Shown here: one piece after another, positions 16,701 to 23,866 of the stretch
Layout of the letters: every line of letters begins with the position of its first letter
Position numbering within the stretch: position 1 is the first letter of the stretch
Origin: a virus
Lineage: Duplodnaviria > Caudoviricetes
Direction: 5' to 3' (one strand)
Virus record (IMG/VR): IMGVR_UViG_3300033076_000885
Span: 1 to 38,838 of that record
Length of the DNA: 38,838 nt
The notes under the pieces: generated by a model
What the model was told of the DNA's origin: nothing
Database searches by the model: none
The model's input: the letters and a program-made list of their open reading frames with translations, nothing else
Made by a program: the position numbers and the translations under genes

Positions 16701-18384
16701 GGGTCCTCGCGCCGCCATCTGGTATACGTCCCTTCGCGCCACAGATAAGATCGACTGGAGCGGGGCCATGAAGTATCTGGGCCTCCCGGCCCGTGTTCTT
16801 CGTGCGTCCGTGACCCATGATCCGGGCTTCATTCTCGCTAACTTGTTCCGCGACGCATTCTCCACATGGGGTCTGCGTGGCGAAAAGGTTGCCCCGTGGG
16901 AGACATTCTTCTCTTTCGCTGAGTCCCTCAAGGGCTCTACTGCGCTTGATGCCATGAGGGCATTCGGCATTGGTGGCGGCTACGATGAAGCGATGAAGGA
17001 CCCCGAGACACAGGCCAAGATGGTGGCCGGTAAGCTTTCTCCGGGCGTTCATATGATGAGCAACCCATTCTCCCTCGTGAAGGGATTGATGGGCCGTCTG
17101 GAATCCCTCTCTGAAGCCTCTGATGCTGCGACACGCCTTGCCGTGTTCAAGAAGGTGATGGAAGAGACCGGTGATGAGGCGGAAGCCGCCTACCGTGCAT
17201 TGGAGATCATGAACTTCTCCAAGCAGGGCGCCAGTTCTGTTGTCCAGATTATCAGTCAGCTTGTGCCGTTCTTCAACGCCGGTCTTCAGGGCAAGTACGT
17301 TCTCAGCAAGGGGCTTTACGCCCTCGGCAAGGGTGTCTCACGGGGCGGCTTCGAAACCCTCACCCCGGAAGAGCGTCGCCTTGGCGTTGGCGTACTCTAC
17401 CGTGGTGCCATGATGTCGGCTCTGGCCTTGGCTCTTGAGCAGCTTTGTGGCGGCGATGACCAGTACGAGGACCGTGTGGCTCCGTACCAGCGCGAGACGA
17501 GCTTTATCATCCCGCTCAAGTATTTCGGTATGCCGGGCACGTTCGTCTCGATCCCGAAGCCATTCGAATTTGGCACCATGTTTGCCACAATTCCTGTGGC
17601 CTTCTATCGGTATGCAACAAACCCGAATGAGTCGGGCGCCGACCTGACCCGCACGATGACGACCCAGATGTCCACAAACTTCGGCATCAATGTGATCCCG
17701 CCGATCTTCGTGCCCTTCATCGAGCAGTATTTCAACACCGACCTCTACACCGGTCAGCCACTGGTTGGCCGTGGTAAGCAATCCCTTGACCCAAGCCTTC
17801 AGTACAACTCCAGCACTGGTGAGTTCTCGAAGATGCTTGGCAACAAGAAGGTCTTCTACAACGTGGAGAGCGGTGAGTGGGAAGGTATCCCGCCGATCTT
17901 CGTCCAGAACTACATCCAGTCCTTCGGTGGACCCCTCGGCTCCTACCTGCTTCTGGCGGCTGATGCTGCCACCGCCGGTTCCGGTGTGGAAACCCTCAAG
18001 GCTTCGACCCCGATCACCAAGTACCCGGTCATCCGGCGCTTCCTGATCGACGCTAAGGAGCAGAACCCAGTCGGCGCCGACACTCTGTATAAGATGATCG
18101 GCAAGATTGATGAGGTGAACCGCACCCTCGCCTACTACAAGAAGATTGGCGATATCGAGGGCTACAAGGAATACGTTCAGGAGAAGATGCCGCTCATCAA
18201 GAACAAGGGCGCCATCAAGGCTCTCGCGGATGTCCAGAAAGAACTCCGCGACCGCGATACGGCCATCAACGAAAGCAAAAAGCTCACCCCGGATGAAAAG
18301 CGGGATGAGCTTCGGAAGGTGAACGATATCGAGGCTAAGTACCTGAACGAGATCAGGCGCCTGAAGATGGAGCTTGGGATGTGA
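10735..18384 (+). CDS. Large polyvalent / internal virion protein (zincin-like metallopeptidase, HhH-like module, LPD38-like C-terminus)
   Basis: 2549 aa. MHHEIIH..EEAVAE metallopeptidase motif. GWY..AITS..GPKIG..FYQNL.G..TMDRWF module. C-terminal N.FRD..NFS..G..VPFFNA.LQG..IPKPFEFG..P.IE...N.D.YTG.P.V motifs. Confidence 0.8.
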   Translation: MAKIVNVPGVGNYAVPDNATQQQIDNFIRNVSANGGLKAPSAPPPEEATGQGGIPLVSPLLSGAATGIAEIPLSIYGLFDKEGSQGARKATYDVIQRGLGMNPEAQPTTTESVLGGIGSLVPMLGASVLTEGAATPLLASRLGLGGARALTAAEEAAAAAKLASQATIARTAGGAAAAIPLGMGQGQQMVQQYEEQTGNKLTPGQYTAANLLSGAVGAFDLAPLERWAAPVAKLLEKVPASESIAASKIVNNEKSKFLMEVAKGAGMEGGQEAVSQIAQNLVAAGIYNPDQDITESVASNFSLGAGVGGMVEAAVLGATGIKNRRMAARNAQLLGDANNTRTTARAAIEQGKNVPNASDIAGLTPAPSPISRPLGDIATDIKNTNAELDQARQNLQFFQATSPNTKRAIKGQTIDLSTLTEPEVRDLARRLKIKPSQDADLRTAITEKTNPERITQELLRQKVDTLQARSNSLQRSFDIGASTGSSAPRENVTGSRFRVAPAPIATHELSPVAKSAVYGNVTEAPADDIRSVADAEIAVRAALSKKEIAGPRPDTDQMSDPEIAALINAAKIKVQKNEDPRMAVRAATDNVIKRGILKQELDAIRQKAKEQDRFAVVEDQFDSEGKKIGEAVINRHRDEAAANESAQLFNEAADPLKYQARVAPIGRALRNVLTGMNLPDVGIQLQQRIGNPGEYIEGQYDPAGNLIQIATGLYKPGMTEAQLEAKIVSVMHHEIIHSLKEMGVFKPHEWNRLLKAIGSQKMHGKLYTPLDWVTQLRTDLVEKAMNGDESAAEELHEEAVAEMFRDWMANGRTPTPVGGLLSRILNIIKRIVGVSRTHKAEGIFRAIASGKIGARERVAREAPQVATEAPSAPSAPTTAAPVETAPSAAPVAPEEPVIKGMRFAPRPSETGAEMAPAPSPVDLRLPPSERVSQAAGIAEAARPVWERSVSGPMAPEIAPAIQAVPDIFKGVKFSKVNLSKEADKAFRELARAQQSGDPEMYMEFAQKALREYESGPALTYAMEHVGDLTHRMGQYGNEYPQYEFGIEYVAPKVRTGLRVVTNPVDAERIAKLPDDPTLKNYADAHAKLKVYNEAQRAARDAAVSLGRKDLKEAERNLLILQKMIDNGTYVEVAGSYDPNYEDNSKKLSKVNINKLDPADYMPRDFLPISTINLLHRAQGPGLSERFKGGYRNKLEAGRYIQSLYEAMREEVRKRGGNLPTDMTAQNDENADLISDVLTGEAVAALQKADNAIGWYDAKLKAAKRVMALIHPEILTNPEMEAAFDAAIAITSNGMAVVDNFREGLRQYEYYKKHKRFQEVGTGDQGSAMATHFARLNYILKELGVKDANRFLVTEYTVGELRRMGWPISGENVDTKVYGSFIFGPKIGQGFYQNLRGNYDPLTMDRWFMRMWNRITGNPFKTPKSEERMLENRLNIKREILNDKEISKVDRKIIDEAGKLFFGKTKFKGLVKSLNPNTDAGAEKLDNFVKAIERRYQSYYTKFNKEKTDKALKPEKSDLMKAIGTHVDNVNGELQEDPRNGTEREYIRQVVSRAIDKLGRLGIKINTADFQALVWYPEKQLWRERFGVKPGRGEDNDYADAAKIVAKEKGISDAKIQNALSAGNRKGVGAAVNAGRGVPGSSAKPQESLRKGFTGKQKEQLTEELKKRKLFSAVDVGVPLSPELQEAFNNSFAPRVQKSFFESLTDLFTGDSLLRMTTNIFDKDAINLFTEERLNGQRLTGAYSATVAVHMARRAGTVGAAAIFNGVAPVQFKEKGNILSAYIRSANPGENKDAIAKFMAPIYKNGLQKQFALYGIAKRAKSKPGMKIVNMDEAQIDAAIRLGNQHPEVKEAFEAYQRHNRNLINMVVESGRIAPEEADAMLEDLNYYGAYRVYKDEAYTPKTGGSIGSGSKIEKLSGMSDEKILDDPIEIMIRNQMFWINAAMKNIAAIKSANLAVTAQEAKLVKGDVPAGAYTMVAYENGKKKTYMFEGPRAAIWYTSLRATDKIDWSGAMKYLGLPARVLRASVTHDPGFILANLFRDAFSTWGLRGEKVAPWETFFSFAESLKGSTALDAMRAFGIGGGYDEAMKDPETQAKMVAGKLSPGVHMMSNPFSLVKGLMGRLESLSEASDAATRLAVFKKVMEETGDEAEAAYRALEIMNFSKQGASSVVQIISQLVPFFNAGLQGKYVLSKGLYALGKGVSRGGFETLTPEERRLGVGVLYRGAMMSALALALEQLCGGDDQYEDRVAPYQRETSFIIPLKYFGMPGTFVSIPKPFEFGTMFATIPVAFYRYATNPNESGADLTRTMTTQMSTNFGINVIPPIFVPFIEQYFNTDLYTGQPLVGRGKQSLDPSLQYNSSTGEFSKMLGNKKVFYNVESGEWEGIPPIFVQNYIQSFGGPLGSYLLLAADAATAGSGVETLKASTPITKYPVIRRFLIDAKEQNPVGADTLYKMIGKIDEVNRTLAYYKKIGDIEGYKEYVQEKMPLIKNKGAIKALADVQKELRDRDTAINESKKLTPDEKRDELRKVNDIEAKYLNEIRRLKMELGM

Positions 18385-19189
18385 TGCTCTTCATCGCCTC
18401 CCGAGCCAACCTCTTCTGATCAGCAGCCTTGGTATATTTGCCGACCATCGCATCAGTCTTATGACCCGACACGGCCTTGATCTGGGCGGCTGAGCAGCCG
18501 TTCTCGGCAAGGTTCGTACAGGCGGCTTTACGGAGCCCGTGGAAAGGTTTGTCGATCCCGATCTTCCGGATGGCAAGTTTGTAGAGCTTCCTGAACGTGG
18601 CTGATGACATTGGCTTGGTGCCAGACTTGAAAATCATGTCATCGTTTTCGTCGCCGCGCACCCGGCTCCATATCTCTTTCAACCTATCATCAACCGGAAT
18701 CTCAAGCGAGGTTCCGGTTTTCTTTTGCTTGAACTTAAGAACACCGGTGTCGGCGGAGTCCCAGCACAGGTCAAGGATGTCGGACTGTCTCTGGGCGGTG
18801 TAGTAGGCAATGGCGATGGCAAGGCCAATCTTGGGCGGGGTCTTCTCGATGGCAGTCATGACCTCTTCCGTTGTCCATTCCTTCCATTCCCCAAGCTTCA
18901 TCTTCTTGATGCCACCGACCGGATTGACAACCATGTAGTCTCTCGCAATTGCGAAAGAGAACAATGAGCCAAGGGCCCCGAGAAGATTGTTCGCGGAGCC
19001 GGGTGTTTTTGAAAGCTTGTCACGGAGACGGAGGATGTCTGCCTTCTCGATGCTTTTCACATCGAGGTCCCCGATCTGGGAACTCTGGGCGTAGACAAGG
19101 AAGCGGCCATAGTTTTCCTTGGTGGCCGCACTGAGGGCGCCATATTCGACGCTCTGGGCAAACTCGGTAATCAGTTCTTTGACACGCAT
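18353..19189 (-). CDS. int: Tyrosine recombinase / integrase
   Basis: Catalytic set TAQRQSD (R), QKKTG (K), FHGLRK (HxxR), SGHKT (H) and KY (Y). Confidence 0.92.
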   Translation of the reverse strand: MRVKELITEFAQSVEYGALSAATKENYGRFLVYAQSSQIGDLDVKSIEKADILRLRDKLSKTPGSANNLLGALGSLFSFAIARDYMVVNPVGGIKKMKLGEWKEWTTEEVMTAIEKTPPKIGLAIAIAYYTAQRQSDILDLCWDSADTGVLKFKQKKTGTSLEIPVDDRLKEIWSRVRGDENDDMIFKSGTKPMSSATFRKLYKLAIRKIGIDKPFHGLRKAACTNLAENGCSAAQIKAVSGHKTDAMVGKYTKAADQKRLAREAMKSITSQAPSSGA

Positions 19190-19233
19190 GATGATCTCCC
19201 TTTCTGCGTAATGCAGTAATAAGGGAGAACATC
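19190..19233 (-). promoter_or_regulatory. Hairpin occluding the integrase Shine-Dalgarno sequence
   Basis: gatgatctccctt (19190-19202) is the reverse complement of aagggagaacatc (19221-19233) at 12 of 13 positions. Inner ctgc/gcag stem. Confidence 0.55.
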
Positions 19234-19240
19234 GCCGCCG

Positions 19241-19483
19241 TCAATAGGTATAACGCTTTTTCTTTGGGGGCTGTTTGCGCCGGTTGGTGACCTTGGCAAC
19301 GACCCGCAGGTTTCCGGGGCTGTTGTCCAGAGGGTTCATGTTCTTGTGGTCAATCTCTTTGCCATCGCCGACATGGGCCTTGCCATCACGAATGGCAGCA
19401 CGACGAGCCTTGTTCCGGGCAACTCGGCGCTTAACCTGTTCCGGACGGGCGTGGTAGGCGGCTTCTTGCTTATAGTCTCTCAT
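19241..19483 (-). CDS. Small HNH endonuclease
   Basis: EIDHKNMNPLDNSPGNLRVV...NR motif. Confidence 0.85.
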   Translation of the reverse strand: MRDYKQEAAYHARPEQVKRRVARNKARRAAIRDGKAHVGDGKEIDHKNMNPLDNSPGNLRVVAKVTNRRKQPPKKKRYTY

Positions 19484-19914
19484 ATGTCCCCACTCTTAAT
19501 TGATTGCTCAAATTCTCTCTTGATCTGAAGGAAGTTATTACGGGCTTCCTCATTGGTAGCAAACTCTGCGCGGGATTTGATCCCGCAGATATTCCGGATT
19601 GCCTCGACCGCAGAATCCTCGTCGGCCTTATCGGCGTGTCCGGAAAGCATCAGCCAGTTCTGGAACCGTTCGTTCCTGCACATGAGCCCGGCGGCAGCTA
19701 TAATGGAGTCCACCGCCTTCTTCCGCTGCGGAACCATAGGCTGATCATCATCTGAAAGACGGACTGCCGCGATGATATATCTGGCACCGACCGGATCGAG
19801 GATGACATCCTGCGGGGCGTCATTTGGGTGGATGGCCAGTTTCAGGATCAGGCCATCCTTCCCCTGTGTCATGGCAATCTTCACGGCCTCAAAATGAACG
19901 GCGTTCTCTTTCAC
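19480..19914 (-). CDS. Phage hypothetical protein
   Basis: ATGA-coupled at both ends. FEAVK.AM.Q.KDG..L.L..HP and AG.MCRN..FQ.WL..CGI.SR.E patterns. Confidence 0.7.
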   Translation of the reverse strand: MKENAVHFEAVKIAMTQGKDGLILKLAIHPNDAPQDVILDPVGARYIIAAVRLSDDDQPMVPQRKKAVDSIIAAAGLMCRNERFQNWLMLSGHADKADEDSAVEAIRNICGIKSRAEFATNEEARNNFLQIKREFEQSIKSGDI

Positions 19915-20396
19915 TGGTTTACCTTCGTGTCTTTAGGCAGCAGGGAAATATCTTGCAGCTTCCCCTGCGGTACGAACCAAGCCTTGGCGCCGTGGGTCTC
20001 ATCAATGTCCCCGACCACCATAGCGTCCTCGCCATGAATGAAGCCAATAACATTATACACCGGGGTGTCGCACACCACCAGAATGTATATGTCTTGGGGG
20101 TTATCGTTGGGGCGGAAGATCAACTTTCCGTTAGGGTAAGTCGTTGATCTTACTTGATAATTCCCAACATCAGGGGCCTTAAATGTTCCGACCCCGTGAT
20201 CCCAATGGACGTTAAGCATCTTGGACACAGCCATCTCTGCTGCGGCGCCGTTGATCTCCCCATCCCAGTTGTTCCATGAGATACCTGCCTTGTGCTTGTT
20301 TGCATCAAGGCCACGGCGGATGGAGTCGATGCGCCGCTCGATTGCGACCGTCGCTGCGGCTCGTAGCTCAGGGGCCGAGAGGTTTACCTTAATCAT
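19911..20396 (-). CDS. Putative PD-(D/E)XK-like nuclease
   Basis: G.AAE.AV..PDVG..QVRST motif; coupled within the operon. Confidence 0.55.
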   Translation of the reverse strand: MIKVNLSAPELRAAATVAIERRIDSIRRGLDANKHKAGISWNNWDGEINGAAAEMAVSKMLNVHWDHGVGTFKAPDVGNYQVRSTTYPNGKLIFRPNDNPQDIYILVVCDTPVYNVIGFIHGEDAMVVGDIDETHGAKAWFVPQGKLQDISLLPKDTKVNQ

Positions 20397-20652
20397 CTAT
20401 CGAGAACTTATTGGCAGACTTACTGCTGCGTTCGAACATCTCACGGAGCGGGATATTTTCCCCGCCGTAGAACTCAATGATCACATTGAGCGCATTGTAG
20501 TATTTCATGTTCTCCTCAAGGTCCCCCATATTGTGGGGGCGCGGGTATACATCCGACACAACCCGCTCAAGGATTTCACTGAATATCCAAGAGCGATTGT
20601 CCTCCATCACCTGCCGGATAAACTCGTCATCCACGTCAACTTCTATCTTCAT
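20389..20652 (-). CDS. Hypothetical protein
   Basis: GGAG RBS; packed in the operon. Confidence 0.65.
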   Translation of the reverse strand: MKIEVDVDDEFIRQVMEDNRSWIFSEILERVVSDVYPRPHNMGDLEENMKYYNALNVIIEFYGGENIPLREMFERSSKSANKFSIDD

Positions 20653-20653
20653 A

Positions 20654-21187
20654 TCAAAACTCCATTGCCTTCTTCATGGCTCTTTGCTGGTCAAAGAGTT
20701 CACCCCACAAATCTTTGTAGTCATGTGGGTTATACAGTGCAAACGCGAAGTAATCAAACTCACGCTCATACATAGCGATCCACCGTTCCCCGTGCTTCAG
20801 CGAACGGGCCTGATTGTGGCGCCTGTCGCAGAGCTTGATGAGAGTAGCCACGGGGCATTGACGAATACGCCAGTACGTCCTGAGATGCCGATCTTTACGG
20901 TTCCGACCGCTGGAATCCGTGAGCCGTGACACCGTATTAGCAACCGCCGGGGATATTGCGGCGATGTCCGAATAACTCGCACTTGTATCCTCAAGGACAT
21001 CATGAAGATAAGCGGACGCAAGAGCTTGTTCATAGCTGACCGAAACCGGCGCATGTGTTTTCCCATAGTGGATTTCCACGTTGTTGACCACATCCTCAAG
21101 GTGATCCTTAATCTTCAGGCATCCGTGATCTTGATCACCATGCATCCTGAATGCAAAGTCACGGGCCCTTTCAACTATACTTTCCAT
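20654..21187 (-). CDS. HD-domain hydrolase, RelA/SpoT hydrolase-like (small alarmone hydrolase-like)
   Basis: A..H.DQ, HLEDV, LHDVLEDT, V..LT and IKLCDR.HN motifs. Confidence 0.85.
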   Translation of the reverse strand: MESIVERARDFAFRMHGDQDHGCLKIKDHLEDVVNNVEIHYGKTHAPVSVSYEQALASAYLHDVLEDTSASYSDIAAISPAVANTVSRLTDSSGRNRKDRHLRTYWRIRQCPVATLIKLCDRRHNQARSLKHGERWIAMYEREFDYFAFALYNPHDYKDLWGELFDQQRAMKKAMEF

Positions 21188-21188
21188 T

Positions 21189-21326
21189 TCACACCTTGGT
21201 CATTGCGATAGTCGCAATTGCATAACACAGATAACAAACGGCCAGTGCATACTTCCCATCAATTGCCAGAGTTGTCGCGGCGATGAAGTTCAGCATTGCC
21301 ATGAGCATCAAGAACCAGAAGCTCAT
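21189..21326 (-). CDS. Small membrane protein (45 aa)
   Basis: MSFWFLMLMAMLNFIAATTLAIDGKYALAVCYLCYAIATIAMTKV has two hydrophobic segments. ATGA coupling. Confidence 0.55.
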   Translation of the reverse strand: MSFWFLMLMAMLNFIAATTLAIDGKYALAVCYLCYAIATIAMTKV

Positions 21327-21448
21327 ACCAGACCAAGCTCTTTCAGCTTGTCTTCGAGGGTCCCCCAAGGCACAAGGATTTCGTCCGTGTACTGATCTTT
21401 CACTGGCGGCTGGTCTTTCTTCTTTACTTTGGGAGGCTTGATGAGCAT
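21323..21448 (-). CDS. Hypothetical 41-aa protein (not in ORF track)
   Basis: MLIKPPKV..EDKLKELGLV fills the gap and its stop overlaps the next ATG. Confidence 0.5.
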   Translation of the reverse strand: MLIKPPKVKKKDQPPVKDQYTDEILVPWGTLEDKLKELGLV

Positions 21449-21663
21449 TGCGCTGCAAACTCCGTATAGTCAGCCCCACCGAAATCCTTGAGCATCTCCA
21501 CCGCACACCAAAGATACCCAAGCTGGAACTCGGTATCAGGCGGATCACCCATGAAGCTCATGACGCAGGTATCCAAGGCATCCATGATGCTGACCTCTCT
21601 CTCGTCGAGAGAACGGGCGTCTGCGTTGAACACCACGCGAATTACATTTCCACCATCACTCAT
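21424..21663 (-). CDS. Hypothetical protein
   Basis: GGAGG RBS before MSDGGNVIRVVF. Confidence 0.65.
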   Translation of the reverse strand: MSDGGNVIRVVFNADARSLDEREVSIMDALDTCVMSFMGDPPDTEFQLGYLWCAVEMLKDFGGADYTEFAAQCSSSLPK

Positions 21664-21949
21664 TGCTTTTCCTCCATAGTGATTGCGCCAAGTCTGCGCC
21701 ATCTATGCCGTGCAAGTCAAGAAAAGTTTTCTCGTCGCCGAACATGTGCAGTTCATCATGGTGTAGGCGGCACAAGGGGATCGTCCAGTTATCCCCGTTC
21801 TTGATAGCCATGCCCCTGCCGTGCCCGACATATCTCAGGTGGTGCGCGTCGGCTGCTGGGTTCCCACAAATGCAACAACCACCCTCTCGGATGGTTGCCA
21901 TATGCTTCTTATCGCGTATTCGTTTGGGCGGCTTGAGATGCTGCTTCAT
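21656..21949 (-). CDS. DUF968-like zinc-binding HNH-type protein
   Basis: CCICG...DAHH...G...K..D.W.IPLC..HH.ELH motif. Confidence 0.8.
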   Translation of the reverse strand: MKQHLKPPKRIRDKKHMATIREGGCCICGNPAADAHHLRYVGHGRGMAIKNGDNWTIPLCRLHHDELHMFGDEKTFLDLHGIDGADLAQSLWRKSNE

Positions 21950-22049
21950 TTGATAAAATTGCCGGTCACGCGGACGGGCGGAAAGGAGAAAGTTCCCGCC
22001 AACCACCGGCTGTATCGCTATGCGACACCTTTAGTTCCGTTCTGGGAGG

Positions 22050-22319
22050 TCAGAACGGAACCGCATCGTTGAGGGAGTTGTCCTTCTTCTTCGGCTCATA
22101 TGTGTCCAAAGAAAGGCCAATGCGCCCCTTAGTGCCGTCCTTCGGCCACCATCCAGACAGGTTAAACTTGACGGGCTGCTGGGCCTTGGCAAGTTCAATG
22201 AGCTTCTTCAGCGTGTCGGTGCTGAGTTCAAAGTGTCCACCCCAATCAGGAGCCTTGTCGCTCTTCTTTTCCTTGCGGAAGAAGATAACACCCTTGTCGC
22301 GGTTGTCGTAATCAGCCAT
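22050..22319 (-). CDS. Putative single-stranded DNA-binding protein
   Basis: G..F..EKKSDKAPDW.G..LSGW pattern and C-terminal DAVPF tail; lies downstream of ERF. Confidence 0.7.
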   Translation of the reverse strand: MADYDNRDKGVIFFRKEKKSDKAPDWGGHFELSTDTLKKLIELAKAQQPVKFNLSGWWPKDGTKGRIGLSLDTYEPKKKDNSLNDAVPF

Positions 22320-22527
22320 TGTTTTTCTCCACTTCAGCCCTGCGGGATGCAAAGGCCATTCTGATTTGTTCGTAGATTTCAGGGGCAAATTTCTTGGCCC
22401 CGTCAATCATGTTGGCGTTATCCTTCCAGTAGACCTTCAACTCATCATACGAGTTGCTCAAGGGAAGGCACTTAATCAGGACTTCCGAGAAAATCCTGTA
22501 GGCATCCTCAGAGGACGAGTCCGTCAT
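22312..22527 (-). CDS. Small helical protein associated with ERF
   Basis: MTDSSSEDAY..ELKVYWKDN..PEIYEQI..F; overlaps both neighbours. Confidence 0.6.
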   Translation of the reverse strand: MTDSSSEDAYRIFSEVLIKCLPLSNSYDELKVYWKDNANMIDGAKKFAPEIYEQIRMAFASRRAEVEKNNG

Positions 22528-22909
22528 TGGACTTCTTCTTATCGACGGAGGCGGTGTTGCCATCGTCGTCGTCATCAGCGGAAATGTTGCACATGGCGCT
22601 CAGCGCATAACGCCGGGCGTATGTGATTGCAGAACCCATTGCCTGTGGCTTGTCAAAGACAATGGGGAATTTTGCTTCGATGAACTCACCGCTCTTATGC
22701 ATGAGCCGCGAGATAAGGAAGATACGTTCGCCGATCATATCAGTGAACTGAACAATTGCAAGGCCATGTTTCGCAAGAACCGGAACAACCGTATCGCGGA
22801 CTTCGGCGAGGGTTGCGTAGCGGCTCTTGAAATGCGGGTTCACGGCATTGAGCTTGGCGTTTTCGAGATCAGTCTGCGCCGACACCAGAGCCGCTGCCAG
22901 ATTTTTCAA
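22508..22909 (-). CDS. erf: ERF-family single-strand annealing protein
   Basis: NPHFKSRYA.L and GSAITYARRYAL...DDDDDGN motifs. TTG start at 22909 inferred from a MKNLAAALVSAQ-type N-terminus. Confidence 0.88.
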   Translation of the reverse strand: MKNLAAALVSAQTDLENAKLNAVNPHFKSRYATLAEVRDTVVPVLAKHGLAIVQFTDMIGERIFLISRLMHKSGEFIEAKFPIVFDKPQAMGSAITYARRYALSAMCNISADDDDDGNTASVDKKKSNDGLVL

Positions 22910-23762
22910 TCCAGTATCGGCACCAGTCACGAACTTGGCACCAGTTTCCTTCACAACGGACATCCGTTCCAGTTCGCTCTTCGACATAGTAAGATTCGTC
23001 TGATCCTGCTGCATTCTCTGCGTCCTCCTTTGCATCATAAAGCTTGACCGCTGATTTCCTGCCCTTCTTCATCAGGGCAAATTGGCCGGGCCGGTGCCAC
23101 CTTTCCTTGTCAGTGCATAGCACGAGAGGACGACCGTCTGCAACATCTTTTTCTGCGGACTGATGGATGGCAATCCGTTCGCGGAAATATTCCTCCTGCT
23201 GCTCATCGTTCCACACCGGAATCTCGACCGGGTGGATCATGGACTGAGGGTAGGATGAATCCATCTCGGCCTTGCGCCTCGACCAATCCCGCAGGATGGC
23301 GATGATCCGCAGACGGGTCACGCGCCTGTTCTTGGCGACCCGCATCATGTAGGCGTAGATGTTAAGTTGTTGTACCCATTCATCTTTTTCGGCCCGAACG
23401 GAGAACTCGCCGACCACTTTGTAGTCATTGATTTCCCAAGTTCCGTCGCCGTTCTCGATCTGGAGATCAATGGCGCCCGATACCTTCCAGCCGTTGTACT
23501 CCATGAACAACCGCTCTTCAGCGATTGATCCCTCCGGAACATGGGCTTCGAGGGCTGAGTGGACAGCCGTTCCGACGAACGACCACATCTTGTCACGGGC
23601 ATCCATCTCCAAAAGGTTTTCGTTTGTCTTCTGGAGAATCCTGATACGGGGCGAGTTGATCATCCCCGTAACGGAGATATCGGCGCCGCCATTGTCATAG
23701 GCATCGTGCATCAGCGCGGACATTACTGCCGCCGGTGCATCGTATTTGTTAGTGATCTTCAA
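22869..23762 (-). CDS. PD-(D/E)XK exonuclease (Cas4-like) of the recombination module
   Basis: GTAVH..LE, E.RL, SGAIDL..DYK, QLNIY and C-terminal Cys cluster. Confidence 0.85.
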   Translation of the reverse strand: MKITNKYDAPAAVMSALMHDAYDNGGADISVTGMINSPRIRILQKTNENLLEMDARDKMWSFVGTAVHSALEAHVPEGSIAEERLFMEYNGWKVSGAIDLQIENGDGTWEINDYKVVGEFSVRAEKDEWVQQLNIYAYMMRVAKNRRVTRLRIIAILRDWSRRKAEMDSSYPQSMIHPVEIPVWNDEQQEEYFRERIAIHQSAEKDVADGRPLVLCTDKERWHRPGQFALMKKGRKSAVKLYDAKEDAENAAGSDESYYVEERTGTDVRCEGNWCQVRDWCRYWIEKSGSGSGVGAD

Positions 23763-23831
23763 TGGTTATCCCCTTTCTCGGGCAATCATTGGGGCTATTT
23801 ATGCGGGTGCCGCAGGTGATTTGCAAGGGGG

Positions 23832-23860
23832 TTGACGGCAATTGTTGGTTGTGTTTCCAT
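23832..23860 (+). promoter_or_regulatory. Possible promoter for a leaderless rusA transcript
   Basis: TTGACG at 23832 in the divergent gap. ATG lies 35 nt downstream of that position with no SD. The -10 box is weak. Confidence 0.35.
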
Positions 23861-23866
23861 CGCCGT

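Noticed and set aside
8225-17781. Long minus-strand ORFs (8225-9973, 10984-12255, 14605-15669, 16339-17052 and others)
   Set aside because: Antisense shadows of well-supported plus-strand genes, caused by codon bias; no motifs or RBS.
22869-23762. Cas4-like nuclease as evidence of a CRISPR system
   Set aside because: No repeat-spacer array or other cas genes seen; the context is a phage recombination module.
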